DNA of 18,450 bases from positions 1-18,450 of the forward strand of contig BBVC01000012.1 of NCBI GenBank assembly GCA_001192655.1, given 5' to 3'. The notes under the pieces are model-generated. The model saw only the letters and a program-made list of their open reading frames with translations. It searched no databases and was not told the origin of the DNA. Positions within the stretch are counted from its first letter, which is position 1, and every line of letters starts with the position of its first letter. This DNA is from Caedimonas varicaedens. GTDB taxonomy: Bacteria; Pseudomonadota; Alphaproteobacteria; Caedimonadales; Caedimonadaceae. The translations under genes and the position numbers were made by a program. This document shows, in pieces, positions 1-7,293 of the stretch.

Positions 1-137
1 CAATTATTTCAGGATAATAAAATATGACCGTTTTATATGTTGTTAGCTATAAAAAATAGATTCTTTCTTAAATTTAGTTGCATCAGGATATATTACCTAT
101 ATCTTGTAAGGCAGAATAAAATTTCGGAGTTACACAG

Positions 138-614
138 ATGAAACGTCTTTTAGTTGCTTTTTGTGTTTTTGGCTTTTCTGCGTCAATTGCAAGTGAAATG
201 TCCATCCAAGGTCTATGGAAAACTCAGGATCAACGCGCCAAAATAGAGATCCAGTCTTGCTCGCAGGCATCCCAGGAAATTTGTGGTGTTATTGTTGAGC
301 TTCGTGAGCCTATTGATCCTGAAACAGGCAAGGAAAAAACGGATAAATTCAATCCTGATGAGCGTCGAAGAGGGCGAAAATTATTGGGGCTGGTCAATTT
401 ATCGGGCTTCAAGCCTGATGCCGATGAACCCAATCACTGGACAGGGGGAACGATTTATAGCCCACGAGAAGGAAAAACATATTCCTGTGAGATAACTCTG
501 ACAGATCCTAATACGCTTGAAGTTCGTGGCTATGTGGGGATTCCTCTTTTTGGGGAATCACAGATCTGGACACGCACAACCAAGGATGAAAAACTCTTAC
601 CCAATAGTGAGTGA
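138..614 (+). CDS. DUF2147-family secreted/periplasmic protein
   Basis: 158-aa ORF with an N-terminal signal peptide (MKRLLVAFCVFGFSASIA). The motif series GLWKT / CGVIV / NPD..RRGR.LLGL / W.GG.IYSP.EGK.Y.C / L.VRGY.G...FG..Q.W.R matches the DUF2147 pattern as I remember it. GGAG lies 9 nt upstream of the ATG. Confidence 0.8.
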   Translation: MKRLLVAFCVFGFSASIASEMSIQGLWKTQDQRAKIEIQSCSQASQEICGVIVELREPIDPETGKEKTDKFNPDERRRGRKLLGLVNLSGFKPDADEPNHWTGGTIYSPREGKTYSCEITLTDPNTLEVRGYVGIPLFGESQIWTRTTKDEKLLPNSE

Positions 615-633
615 TCATTAATCTCTTTTTTCC

Positions 634-654
634 ATGAGAAATTCTCATTTTTTT
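634..654 (+). terminator. weak intrinsic terminator candidate after the DUF2147 gene
   Basis: Palindrome atgagaa-a-ttctcat (effective stem atgag/ctcat) followed by a 7-T run, 20 nt after the stop codon. The stem is short and AT-rich. Confidence 0.35.
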
Positions 655-858
655 AATGTTTTATAGGGTGTCATTCTTTTGAGTGTGCTTGCAAGGCAAA
701 AATAATGGTTGCATGAAAGAAAAAAGTAGGACTAAATCGACAAATTGTCTTGGGAATTGTGAGCCCAATCAAAATGGCCAACAACTCCTGTTTAAACTTT
801 ATTTCTTAAAGTTTGATGTGAGAGATAGTACTAAATTAACAAATGGACATAACGGTCA

Positions 859-2151
859 ATGAATACACTAAATCGTCCCTATCAGGGATTTTTGATGTGG
901 TTGTGTGCCGCAACCTTTTATGGATTTCAATTTCTGATTCGTGTTTCTCCTAATGTGATGACCCATCAACTTATGGCCGCCTTTGATGTCCAGGCCTGCG
1001 CTCTTGGTGCGATGTTCTCATTTTACTATTGGGGATATTCGTTGATGCAAATTCCAGCCGGTGTATTGCTGGATAATATTGGCCCTCGTCGTCCTCTGAC
1101 GATGGCTTGTCTTTTTTGTTTCATTGGATGCCTTATTTTTGCCTTGGGAAGCAATATCTATATATTATCAATAGGACGAATCCTCATGGGCGTGGGTTCA
1201 TCCTTTGGATTTTTGACAACCATAAGAATTGTTTCAACATGGTTTAGGGTGGAGAAGCTCGGCCTTTTCGTGGGGCTTACGCTAATGGTAGGAACTTTTG
1301 GAGCCACAAGTGGAAGCAGCCCCTTGGGAATGTTACTCACAGTCACTTCTTGGCGTAACTGTATTTTTATTTTGGCCGCCTTTAGCGCAATTTTAAGTAT
1401 CGTTTCCTGGAAAGTGATCCGTGATGATGATCCTCATCTCAAAACGGCTAAAAAACCTTTTTTTTCAATGGCACATATCCTCTTGTCTCTTGTAGATATT
1501 ATAAAGAATCCCCAAACTTGGATCTATGCCGTGTATGGTTTTATGATGTATGTTCCTCTTGCTGGTTTTGCTGATTTATGGGCGACACCCTTCATCGCCC
1601 AACAATTTAATGTTGATCACAGTACGGCTTCGGCAGGTGTTTTTTCTTTCTACGTGGGTTTAGGGATCGGAGCACCTATCTGGCCCTTAATTTCCAACTG
1701 GATCCGAAGCTATAAAAAGACGATGTTTTCCAGTGCTGCCCTCACGGCTTTATTCATCAGCATCACTCTCTATCAACATAATTTTACCTTTGTTCAGAAT
1801 TGCCTTGTTTTGAGTTTGGCAGGAGCTTGTTCCGCGGGACAATTCCTTGCTTTTTCTGGTGTTGCGTACATAAATTCCCGCGACCGTGCGGCCACAGCTT
1901 CAGGGATGCACAATATGCTCTGCATGTTTAGCGGCAATTTCATGCAGCCTTTTCTAGGATATTTGTTGCAGGCAAGCTGGTCTGAACGAAGCGGAGGTTT
2001 TCTGGATGGTGCGCCTCATTATAAGCTTGAAGATTTTCATTTTGCTCTTGTAACAATTCCCATTGCTCTTGTTATTGCGGCTCTTGCTATTTTATTTATC
2101 AAAGAAACTTTTCCCCAAAAAATAGGACACAACAAGGCACAAACAGTGTAA
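859..2151 (+). CDS. MFS transporter (subfamily unresolved)
   Basis: 430-aa ORF, hydrophobic throughout with roughly 12 predicted TM segments. It has an MFS-type loop 2-3 motif (GVLLDNIGPRRPL). No strong SD, so the start could instead be Met13. Confidence 0.85.
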   Translation: MNTLNRPYQGFLMWLCAATFYGFQFLIRVSPNVMTHQLMAAFDVQACALGAMFSFYYWGYSLMQIPAGVLLDNIGPRRPLTMACLFCFIGCLIFALGSNIYILSIGRILMGVGSSFGFLTTIRIVSTWFRVEKLGLFVGLTLMVGTFGATSGSSPLGMLLTVTSWRNCIFILAAFSAILSIVSWKVIRDDDPHLKTAKKPFFSMAHILLSLVDIIKNPQTWIYAVYGFMMYVPLAGFADLWATPFIAQQFNVDHSTASAGVFSFYVGLGIGAPIWPLISNWIRSYKKTMFSSAALTALFISITLYQHNFTFVQNCLVLSLAGACSAGQFLAFSGVAYINSRDRAATASGMHNMLCMFSGNFMQPFLGYLLQASWSERSGGFLDGAPHYKLEDFHFALVTIPIALVIAALAILFIKETFPQKIGHNKAQTV

Positions 2152-2275
2152 CAATTATTTTCCAGTTTTTTAGAGAACACTTTCTAAACTTTTGGAAAGA
2201 CATTCATATTTGCTTGCATACAAAGTTAGCCTAAGGAAAGGTTTCAAACTGTAAAGTAGTGTTTGCTCAGCACAC

Positions 2276-2312
2276 ACTTTTGAGAATCCTCCTTTTCGAA
2301 ATTCTCAAAAGT
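2276..2312. repeat. perfect 12-bp inverted repeat (stem-loop) between convergent genes
   Basis: acttttgagaat (2276-2287) and attctcaaaagt (2301-2312) are exact reverse complements around a 13-nt loop. There is no flanking U-tract on either strand, so this is not a classical terminator. Confidence 0.5.
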
Positions 2313-2338
2313 ATTCACCAATGATAGAGAATAATGAA

Positions 2339-2629
2339 TCAGAGAGAATGAGATTGATTTAATAAAGCAAGCAATTCTTCTTCAGTCATTTCATCCAATG
2401 ATTTTTGGCATTCTTTTTTCTTCTCATTAAATAATCCTAATTCCTTGCCGCGCAACTCAATAGCACGCAAGGCTACAGAGTAATTTTTTGAAATGAGAGC
2501 AGCCTCATACATTGCCTCCAAATCTCTGAGAATTTTTTCTCGTGAGGTTGATGGAGAGAGAGTTTTTTGACGTTTTCTAGGGCTATGTTCAGGATTATTT
2601 TCGGGTGGAGTCTTGTTGGATATTTTCAT
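2339..2629 (-). CDS. small hypothetical protein with a phage terminase small-subunit-like C-terminal motif
   Basis: 96-aa ORF with AGGGGG 7 nt upstream of the ATG. The segment ALRAIELRGKELGLFNEKK resembles the conserved ...ALE.LGKHLG(L/M)F end of Terminase_2-type small subunits. The N-terminal HTH part of such proteins is absent; the N-terminus is basic and low-complexity. Confidence 0.5.
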   Translation of the reverse strand: MKISNKTPPENNPEHSPRKRQKTLSPSTSREKILRDLEAMYEAALISKNYSVALRAIELRGKELGLFNEKKKECQKSLDEMTEEELLALLNQSHSL

Positions 2630-2786
2630 GGAGTACCCCCTTTCTTCATTTAGAATGAAAAAAAGGACATTAATTCACAAGTTCTAAAAACTTATATTTT
2701 TCTAAGGTACGTAAATATCAGATTTTGGAGACTTGAGAGGGAGATGTAAATTCATCTCTGCCAGACTATTAAAGTTTCTTTAATAC

Positions 2787-2816
2787 AAAAAAACGCCGGA
2801 ATAATAACTCCGGCGT
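2787..2816 (-). terminator. rho-independent terminator of the 63-aa gene
   Basis: GC-rich stem cgccgga (2794-2800) / tccggcg (2809-2815) with an 8-nt loop. On the - strand it is followed by 7 U (the + strand A-run at 2787-2793). It lies about 30 nt after the stop at 2847. Confidence 0.8.
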
Positions 2817-2846
2817 TTTAAAAGTAGACAAACTAATTTTAGCTGT

Positions 2847-3038
2847 TTACTTGGTTTCTTCTGTTGCAGTTGTTCCTTCTTTGGAAGTTTCTGCAGAAGT
2901 GTCAGCACCTTGTTCAGTTGCATTGGTCTCTGTTGCTTGACCTTCTTTGGATTGATCCATCTTTGAAGCTTCGCCTTCAACAGCCATAGCAGCACTGAAA
3001 CCAAAAACAACGATAAGAGCAGCAAAAATTGCCTTCAT
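2847..3038 (-). CDS. small secreted acidic Thr/Glu-rich protein
   Basis: 63-aa ORF with signal peptide MKAIFAALIVVFGFSAAMA-VEG, then a low-complexity E/T/S/K/G tail. GGAG lies about 9 nt upstream of the ATG. It is bracketed by a good promoter and a good terminator. Confidence 0.7.
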   Translation of the reverse strand: MKAIFAALIVVFGFSAAMAVEGEASKMDQSKEGQATETNATEQGADTSAETSKEGTTATEETK

Positions 3039-3094
3039 AATTCATTCTCCATAAATTTATTACCACACGGTACTGTTTATCCGTGATAGCGATG

Positions 3095-3122
3095 ATATTA
3101 ACAATTTTTTTTAGAGGTGCAA
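3095..3122 (-). promoter_or_regulatory. sigma70-like promoter for the 63-aa gene
   Basis: On the - strand, TTGCAC (3117-3122) - 16 nt - TAATAT (3095-3100). This predicts a ~50-nt leader containing the hairpin cacgg/ccgtg. Confidence 0.4.
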
Positions 3123-3199
3123 GATTTTTTTTAATAAAAATCATTTTTTACGGTGATTGGGATCATGATCAATCCTTTTTGTTGCTAAAATAACTTGCT

Positions 3200-4117
3200 A
3201 TGAGTATCACAGTAGGTGAAGAGGAGATGTGCAAAATGAACCGCCATCAGCAGACTGAACAAACACGAATAGGTGTTTTTTACATGGCTATTGCCATTTT
3301 TATGTTTTCTACAGTGAATGCTGTCGTCAAGGATGTTATGGGAGTCTATCCCCTGATGCAGATTATCTTTCTAAGGTTTTTTTTCGCCCTGCTTCCTTGT
3401 TCCTTTATGGTTTACCAAAATGGTGGCATCAAAAGTTTGAAAACACCTAATCTTAAAAGTCATTTCTTTTGCGGCAGTCTTGCAGTCTTGAATCTTGCCT
3501 TGCTTTTTTCTTCCTTTAAAGTATTGCCCCTTGCAGATGTAACAGCCTTTGCGTTCTCAACAATCTTATTTATTACATTACTATCATATCCCCTTTTGAA
3601 AGAGATTGTTGGTCTTCATCGTTGGTTTGCGGTTATTTTGGGGTTTGGGGGAGTTTTAATTATGCTTAATCCCTCAGGGGAATTATTTCATATTGGCTCC
3701 TTGATGGCACTTGTTTTTGCTTTTGGAGATGGCCTTATCATGATTTTTGCGCGTCTTTTGTCACGTACAGATAAAAGCAGTACTATTGTTTTTTATTGTT
3801 CGCTTATTGCCGCAATGATTGCTGCATTTTTCGTACCATTTGTTTGGGTGATGCCTAATGTAACAGATTTTTTTAAACTTGTTTTCCTGGGTATTGGTTC
3901 AGGAACCGCTCAAATTCTTCTGACTTATGCCTATCGCTATGCTCAAGCCACCTTGATTGCTCCTGTCATTTATACGGCAATTTTGTGGAGTGCTTTCTAT
4001 GGTTATTACTTTTGGGGTGAAGTTCCAAGCTCAGAAGCCATTTTTGGCGGCTCTCTTGTTATTTTTTCTGGTCTTTACCTTATTTATTGGGAAAAACGTC
4101 AAGCTCACCTTGCTTGA
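3200..4117 (+). CDS. DMT superfamily (EamA/RhaT-like) transporter
   Basis: 305-aa ORF with ~10 TM segments in a two-EamA-domain-like layout, about the usual 300-aa length. The true start may be the Met at 3236 (MNRHQQ...), because the first 12 codons look non-conserved. Confidence 0.85.
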   Translation: MSITVGEEEMCKMNRHQQTEQTRIGVFYMAIAIFMFSTVNAVVKDVMGVYPLMQIIFLRFFFALLPCSFMVYQNGGIKSLKTPNLKSHFFCGSLAVLNLALLFSSFKVLPLADVTAFAFSTILFITLLSYPLLKEIVGLHRWFAVILGFGGVLIMLNPSGELFHIGSLMALVFAFGDGLIMIFARLLSRTDKSSTIVFYCSLIAAMIAAFFVPFVWVMPNVTDFFKLVFLGIGSGTAQILLTYAYRYAQATLIAPVIYTAILWSAFYGYYFWGEVPSSEAIFGGSLVIFSGLYLIYWEKRQAHLA

Positions 4118-4178
4118 GAGGAAAGTAACTTGTAGAAGCTCAACATTTTCACTGTTTTACCAAGATTGAAAATAGCCC

Positions 4179-4206
4179 TTGACAGTTGTGAATGTGTCGA
4201 TATAGC
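4179..4206 (+). promoter_or_regulatory. sigma70-like promoter upstream of the APA antiporter leader
   Basis: TTGACA (4179-4184) - 16 nt - TATAGC (4201-4206). It would give a ~145-nt leader before the ATG at 4357. Confidence 0.45.
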
Positions 4207-4228
4207 GTTTAAATTGAAAGTTTATATT

Positions 4229-4291
4229 ATGAATAGAATATTTTTACACATTTTTACTTATCCTTCTCGAAAACGTCACCCCAGGGCGTAA
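4229..4291 (+). promoter_or_regulatory. candidate 20-codon leader uORF (MNRIFLHIFTYPSRKRHPRA)
   Basis: An ATG about 16 nt downstream of the predicted TSS, with a weak GAAAG 8 nt upstream, then 20 sense codons and TAA at 4289-4291. It lies wholly in the leader of the antiporter gene. It is too short to validate from sequence alone. Confidence 0.25.
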
Positions 4292-4356
4292 TTAATCATT
4301 ATCTTATTTATTTTCTATGTTTTTACTGAATTTTTATCTCTGAGAAGGAGAGTTTA

Positions 4357-5661
4357 ATGTCTAACAAAATTGGTTTTTGGTCTGTTTTTGCGTTGGTAAC
4401 AGGAAGTCAAATCGGAACAGGCGTTTTTATGTTGCCCGCCAATTTAGCACCCTATGGCGTTTTAAGTTTGGGAGGTTGGGTCATTGCGGGGGGGGGTGCA
4501 GTCATTCTTGCCCTCGTTTTTGCCCAACTTTGTGCAAGATTCCCTCGAACGGGTGGACCTCATGCCTATGTCCAGGAGGCTTTTGGCCCTACAGCTTCTT
4601 TTTTTTCTGGCTGGACCTACTGGGTGATTTCCTGGGCCAGCACACCTGCGGTCGTAATCGCAAGCGTGGGTTATCTTACGCCTTTGATCGGATATTATCC
4701 TCCCGCTGTCTCCTTGAGTCTGCAAGTAGGATTGCTCTTGATTATTACCGCTCTTAATTTCAGAGGGGTCAAGATCGCTGGTCTTGCTGAGTTCTTTCTG
4801 ACAAATCTCAAGATTATCCCGCTTCTGATACTACCTATTGCAGCGTTATTCTTTTTTGATAGCCAACATTTCAGCTATGGGGAATCAGCTTCTCAAATGA
4901 GTGTTCATCAAATTCTGAGTCATGTAACATTATTAACCTTGTGGGGGTTTATTGGTCTTGAATCCGCAACAACTCCTGCGGATTCTATAGAAAACCCTTC
5001 TAAAACAATTCCGCGTGCGGTGATTTTTGGAACAATTTTTGTAGCCGTTCTCTATTTTATTAATAGTTTAGGTATTATGGGAGCTATCCCCGGACATGAG
5101 TTGATGAATTCTAAAGCGCCTTACGCCGATGCAGCTCAGGTGATTTTTGGAGGGAATTGGCATCTTGTTATTTCGTTGATCGCTTCAATCATTTGTATTG
5201 GAACTCTCAATGCTTGGATGCTTGCTAGCGGACAGGTCGCTCTGGGGCTTGCTGAAGATAAACTGATGCCTGCATTTTTTGCGAGAAGAAATCGTTACGG
5301 AGCACCATTCTGGAGTCTTTTGACAAGTTGTTCAGGAATTATCTTGATTCTGATCCTGACATCAAACGAAAATCTCTCTCATCAAATTACAGCTATTATT
5401 GATTTTTCTGTAACTGCTTTCCTGTTTGTGTATGTCATGTGCACTCTTTCTTTTTTGAAAATACTTCTGCAACAATCACAAAGGGTTCCTTTCTGGCAAT
5501 GGCTTTGTGGAGGGGGGGCTTTAATTTTTTGTTTGTGGGCTATAAGCTCAACATCATTTCAAAACCTTGTTTATGCCAGTTTATTTACACTGAGCGGAGT
5601 TCCTGTTTATCTGCTGCAGAGAAGAAAGAAAAACTGTCGCGAGAAATCCGTTATCATTTAA
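4357..5661 (+). CDS. APC superfamily, APA-family basic amino acid/polyamine antiporter (AdiC/PotE/CadB-like)
   Basis: 434-aa ORF with a strong AAGGAG SD. GSQIGTGVFMLPANLAPYG, FPRTGGPHAYV and LWGFIGLESATTPADSIENPSKTIPRA align closely with remembered E. coli AdiC segments ([37 protein letters not shown]). Confidence 0.9.
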   Translation: MSNKIGFWSVFALVTGSQIGTGVFMLPANLAPYGVLSLGGWVIAGGGAVILALVFAQLCARFPRTGGPHAYVQEAFGPTASFFSGWTYWVISWASTPAVVIASVGYLTPLIGYYPPAVSLSLQVGLLLIITALNFRGVKIAGLAEFFLTNLKIIPLLILPIAALFFFDSQHFSYGESASQMSVHQILSHVTLLTLWGFIGLESATTPADSIENPSKTIPRAVIFGTIFVAVLYFINSLGIMGAIPGHELMNSKAPYADAAQVIFGGNWHLVISLIASIICIGTLNAWMLASGQVALGLAEDKLMPAFFARRNRYGAPFWSLLTSCSGIILILILTSNENLSHQITAIIDFSVTAFLFVYVMCTLSFLKILLQQSQRVPFWQWLCGGGALIFCLWAISSTSFQNLVYASLFTLSGVPVYLLQRRKKNCREKSVII

Positions 5662-5715
5662 CCTGTTTTTTTAAGCCGTTTCTGTTGATGCAGGAGTGGC
5701 AACGGTTAATTATGC

Positions 5716-5745
5716 TTGACATCTCTAATGTATCCTTAAATAATA
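5716..5745 (+). promoter_or_regulatory. possible promoter upstream of the NhaC-family gene
   Basis: Perfect TTGACA at 5716-5721, followed 15-18 nt later by an A/T block (TAAATAATA) offering several mediocre -10 hexamers. A terminator-like hairpin at 5844-5861 lies between it and the gene, which weakens the call. Confidence 0.3.
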
Positions 5746-5908
5746 AACCATCACTTTTAGGATGTGAGACCTTGAGTATTATTTTTCGTATTATGATGTC
5801 ATCTAAATCTCGAATGTGCCTTCAGCACATATAATTTCTATTAAAAGGCATTACAGCCTTTGATTTCCTTTTGTTTTTTTATTTATATGAGAGATTCCGA
5901 GGCTTTTC

Positions 5909-7192
5909 ATGACATTAATTATCCATTTTTTACCTATGTTATTATTTGTCACACTTTATCTTGGTACGGGTATTTACTTTGCGGCTATGGAAGTTGAGAA
6001 TGCGTTTTATCAATTACCCCCTACAGCGGCTATTATTCCTGCTCTGGTGTTGAGCTGGATATTGCATCAGGGTTCTATACAAGAGCGTATGCACCGATTT
6101 CTGGATGGTGTGAGACATCGCGACATTATAACCATGTGTGTGATTTTTTTGCTGGCGGGGGCTTTTAGCACAATCACCAAAACCATTGGCAGTGCAGATG
6201 CAACTGTCAATCTGGCTTTATCTTTGGTCTCTCCCAGATATTTGCTGATGGGCGTTTTCTTGACAGCAGCTTTCATTTCAACAGCGATTGGAACTGCCCT
6301 GGGAACAATTGCAACGCTTGGTCCCATTGCTCTGGGGTTATCTCAGCAGGGGGCTTTTCCTCTCGAATTGGGGATGGCAACAGTGGTTGCAGGGTCTATA
6401 TTTGGCGATAATCTGTCGATTATCTCAGATACAACAATTGCTGCTGTGATGTCCCAAGGAGCGGATATGAGAAAGAAATTGAGGATCAATGCAGAAGTTG
6501 CAGCGGTTGCATCTCTTGTTACGCTTCTCATTTTGTTTTTTGTCCATGACAATGAGATTGTTATTCAATCGAAAGAATATTCCCTGTTTCTGATTACTCC
6601 CTACCTCTTTTTGATAGGTCTTGCTGTTTCGGGGGTCAACGTTTTCGTTTCTCTTGTGCTGGCATTGGCTTTTTCAGGAGCCGTTGGTTATATTCACGGA
6701 GGATATAGTCTTTTGGACTTGAGTCGTGACATTGACCATGGTTTTGCCAGTATGCGGGAAATTATGATGCTTTCCATGATGGTGGGAGGGTTGTCAGGAT
6801 TGACAGGAAAAGGATCGGAAGCTTTGGCTGTGCGTCTTGTTGGTTTTGCTTCACGTCGGGAAAGCAAGAAGATCGCCCAGCTTCTTATTGCAAAAACAGT
6901 GTCCATCTTCGATCTGCTTTTGGCCAATAATGTCATTGCCACGATCTGTAGCGGCGAAATTGCGCGGGAAATTTCTAAAAAATATCACATTCCACCTCAT
7001 TATAGTGCGGCCTGGCTGGATAGTTTTTCTTGTGTTTTTCAGGGCATTATTCCTTATGGAGCGCAAGTTTTGCTGGCCAGCGCCATTGCAGGTGTTTCTC
7101 CTCTGAGCATTATGGGGCATGTCTATTATTGCTATGTCCTTGGTATTGTTTCTGTTCTTTATATTTTATGCATCAAAAAATTGAGAGATTAA
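5909..7192 (+). CDS. NhaC-family (Na_H_antiporter Pfam-type) membrane transporter
   Basis: 427-aa polytopic ORF with GAGG 8 nt upstream. The motif GSIFGDNLSIISDTTIAAV resembles the FGD..SPISDTT signature of the NhaC family. Substrate is not inferable. Confidence 0.75.
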   Translation: MTLIIHFLPMLLFVTLYLGTGIYFAAMEVENAFYQLPPTAAIIPALVLSWILHQGSIQERMHRFLDGVRHRDIITMCVIFLLAGAFSTITKTIGSADATVNLALSLVSPRYLLMGVFLTAAFISTAIGTALGTIATLGPIALGLSQQGAFPLELGMATVVAGSIFGDNLSIISDTTIAAVMSQGADMRKKLRINAEVAAVASLVTLLILFFVHDNEIVIQSKEYSLFLITPYLFLIGLAVSGVNVFVSLVLALAFSGAVGYIHGGYSLLDLSRDIDHGFASMREIMMLSMMVGGLSGLTGKGSEALAVRLVGFASRRESKKIAQLLIAKTVSIFDLLLANNVIATICSGEIAREISKKYHIPPHYSAAWLDSFSCVFQGIIPYGAQVLLASAIAGVSPLSIMGHVYYCYVLGIVSVLYILCIKKLRD

Positions 7193-7293
7193 ATGTCTGA
7201 AGTCATCAATTTTATGGATTTAAGAAGAAGCTCTTGTTTCTTGTGATCTATTTTAAATCGCGCTAGAATAAGGAAAAATAAGGGTGGAGCGTC

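Noticed and set aside
2780-3025. 81-aa - strand ORF overlapping the 63-aa secreted-protein gene in another frame
   Set aside because: It runs through the terminator hairpin and lacks an SD. The 63-aa frame has an SD, a signal peptide and correct placement between promoter and terminator.
3161-3170. Perfect 10-bp palindrome GATCATGATC (two GATC sites) upstream of the DMT transporter gene
   Set aside because: It is short, single-copy, and does not extend into the flanks. It could be an operator or methylation-sensitive site, but chance occurrence is plausible.
4377-4757. 126-aa + strand and 87-aa - strand ORFs overlapping the 5' part of the APA antiporter gene
   Set aside because: They are alternative frames of a confidently identified, motif-bearing transporter gene. 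Their Arg/Cys/Gly-rich translations are typical of off-frame reading.
5439-5834. 131-aa + strand ORF spanning the end of the antiporter gene and the following spacer
   Set aside because: It is an off-frame overlap with the antiporter's C-terminus that continues into AT-rich intergenic DNA. It has no start signals.
5814-5880. Two small hairpins (atgtgc-cttca-gcacat at 5814-5830; aaaggc-attaca-gccttt at 5844-5861, followed by T-rich sequence) just upstream of the NhaC-family gene
   Set aside because: The stems are only 6 bp and the T-run does not directly abut the second stem. Whether this is the antiporter terminator, an attenuator or nothing cannot be decided from sequence. It also conflicts with the putative promoter at 5716.
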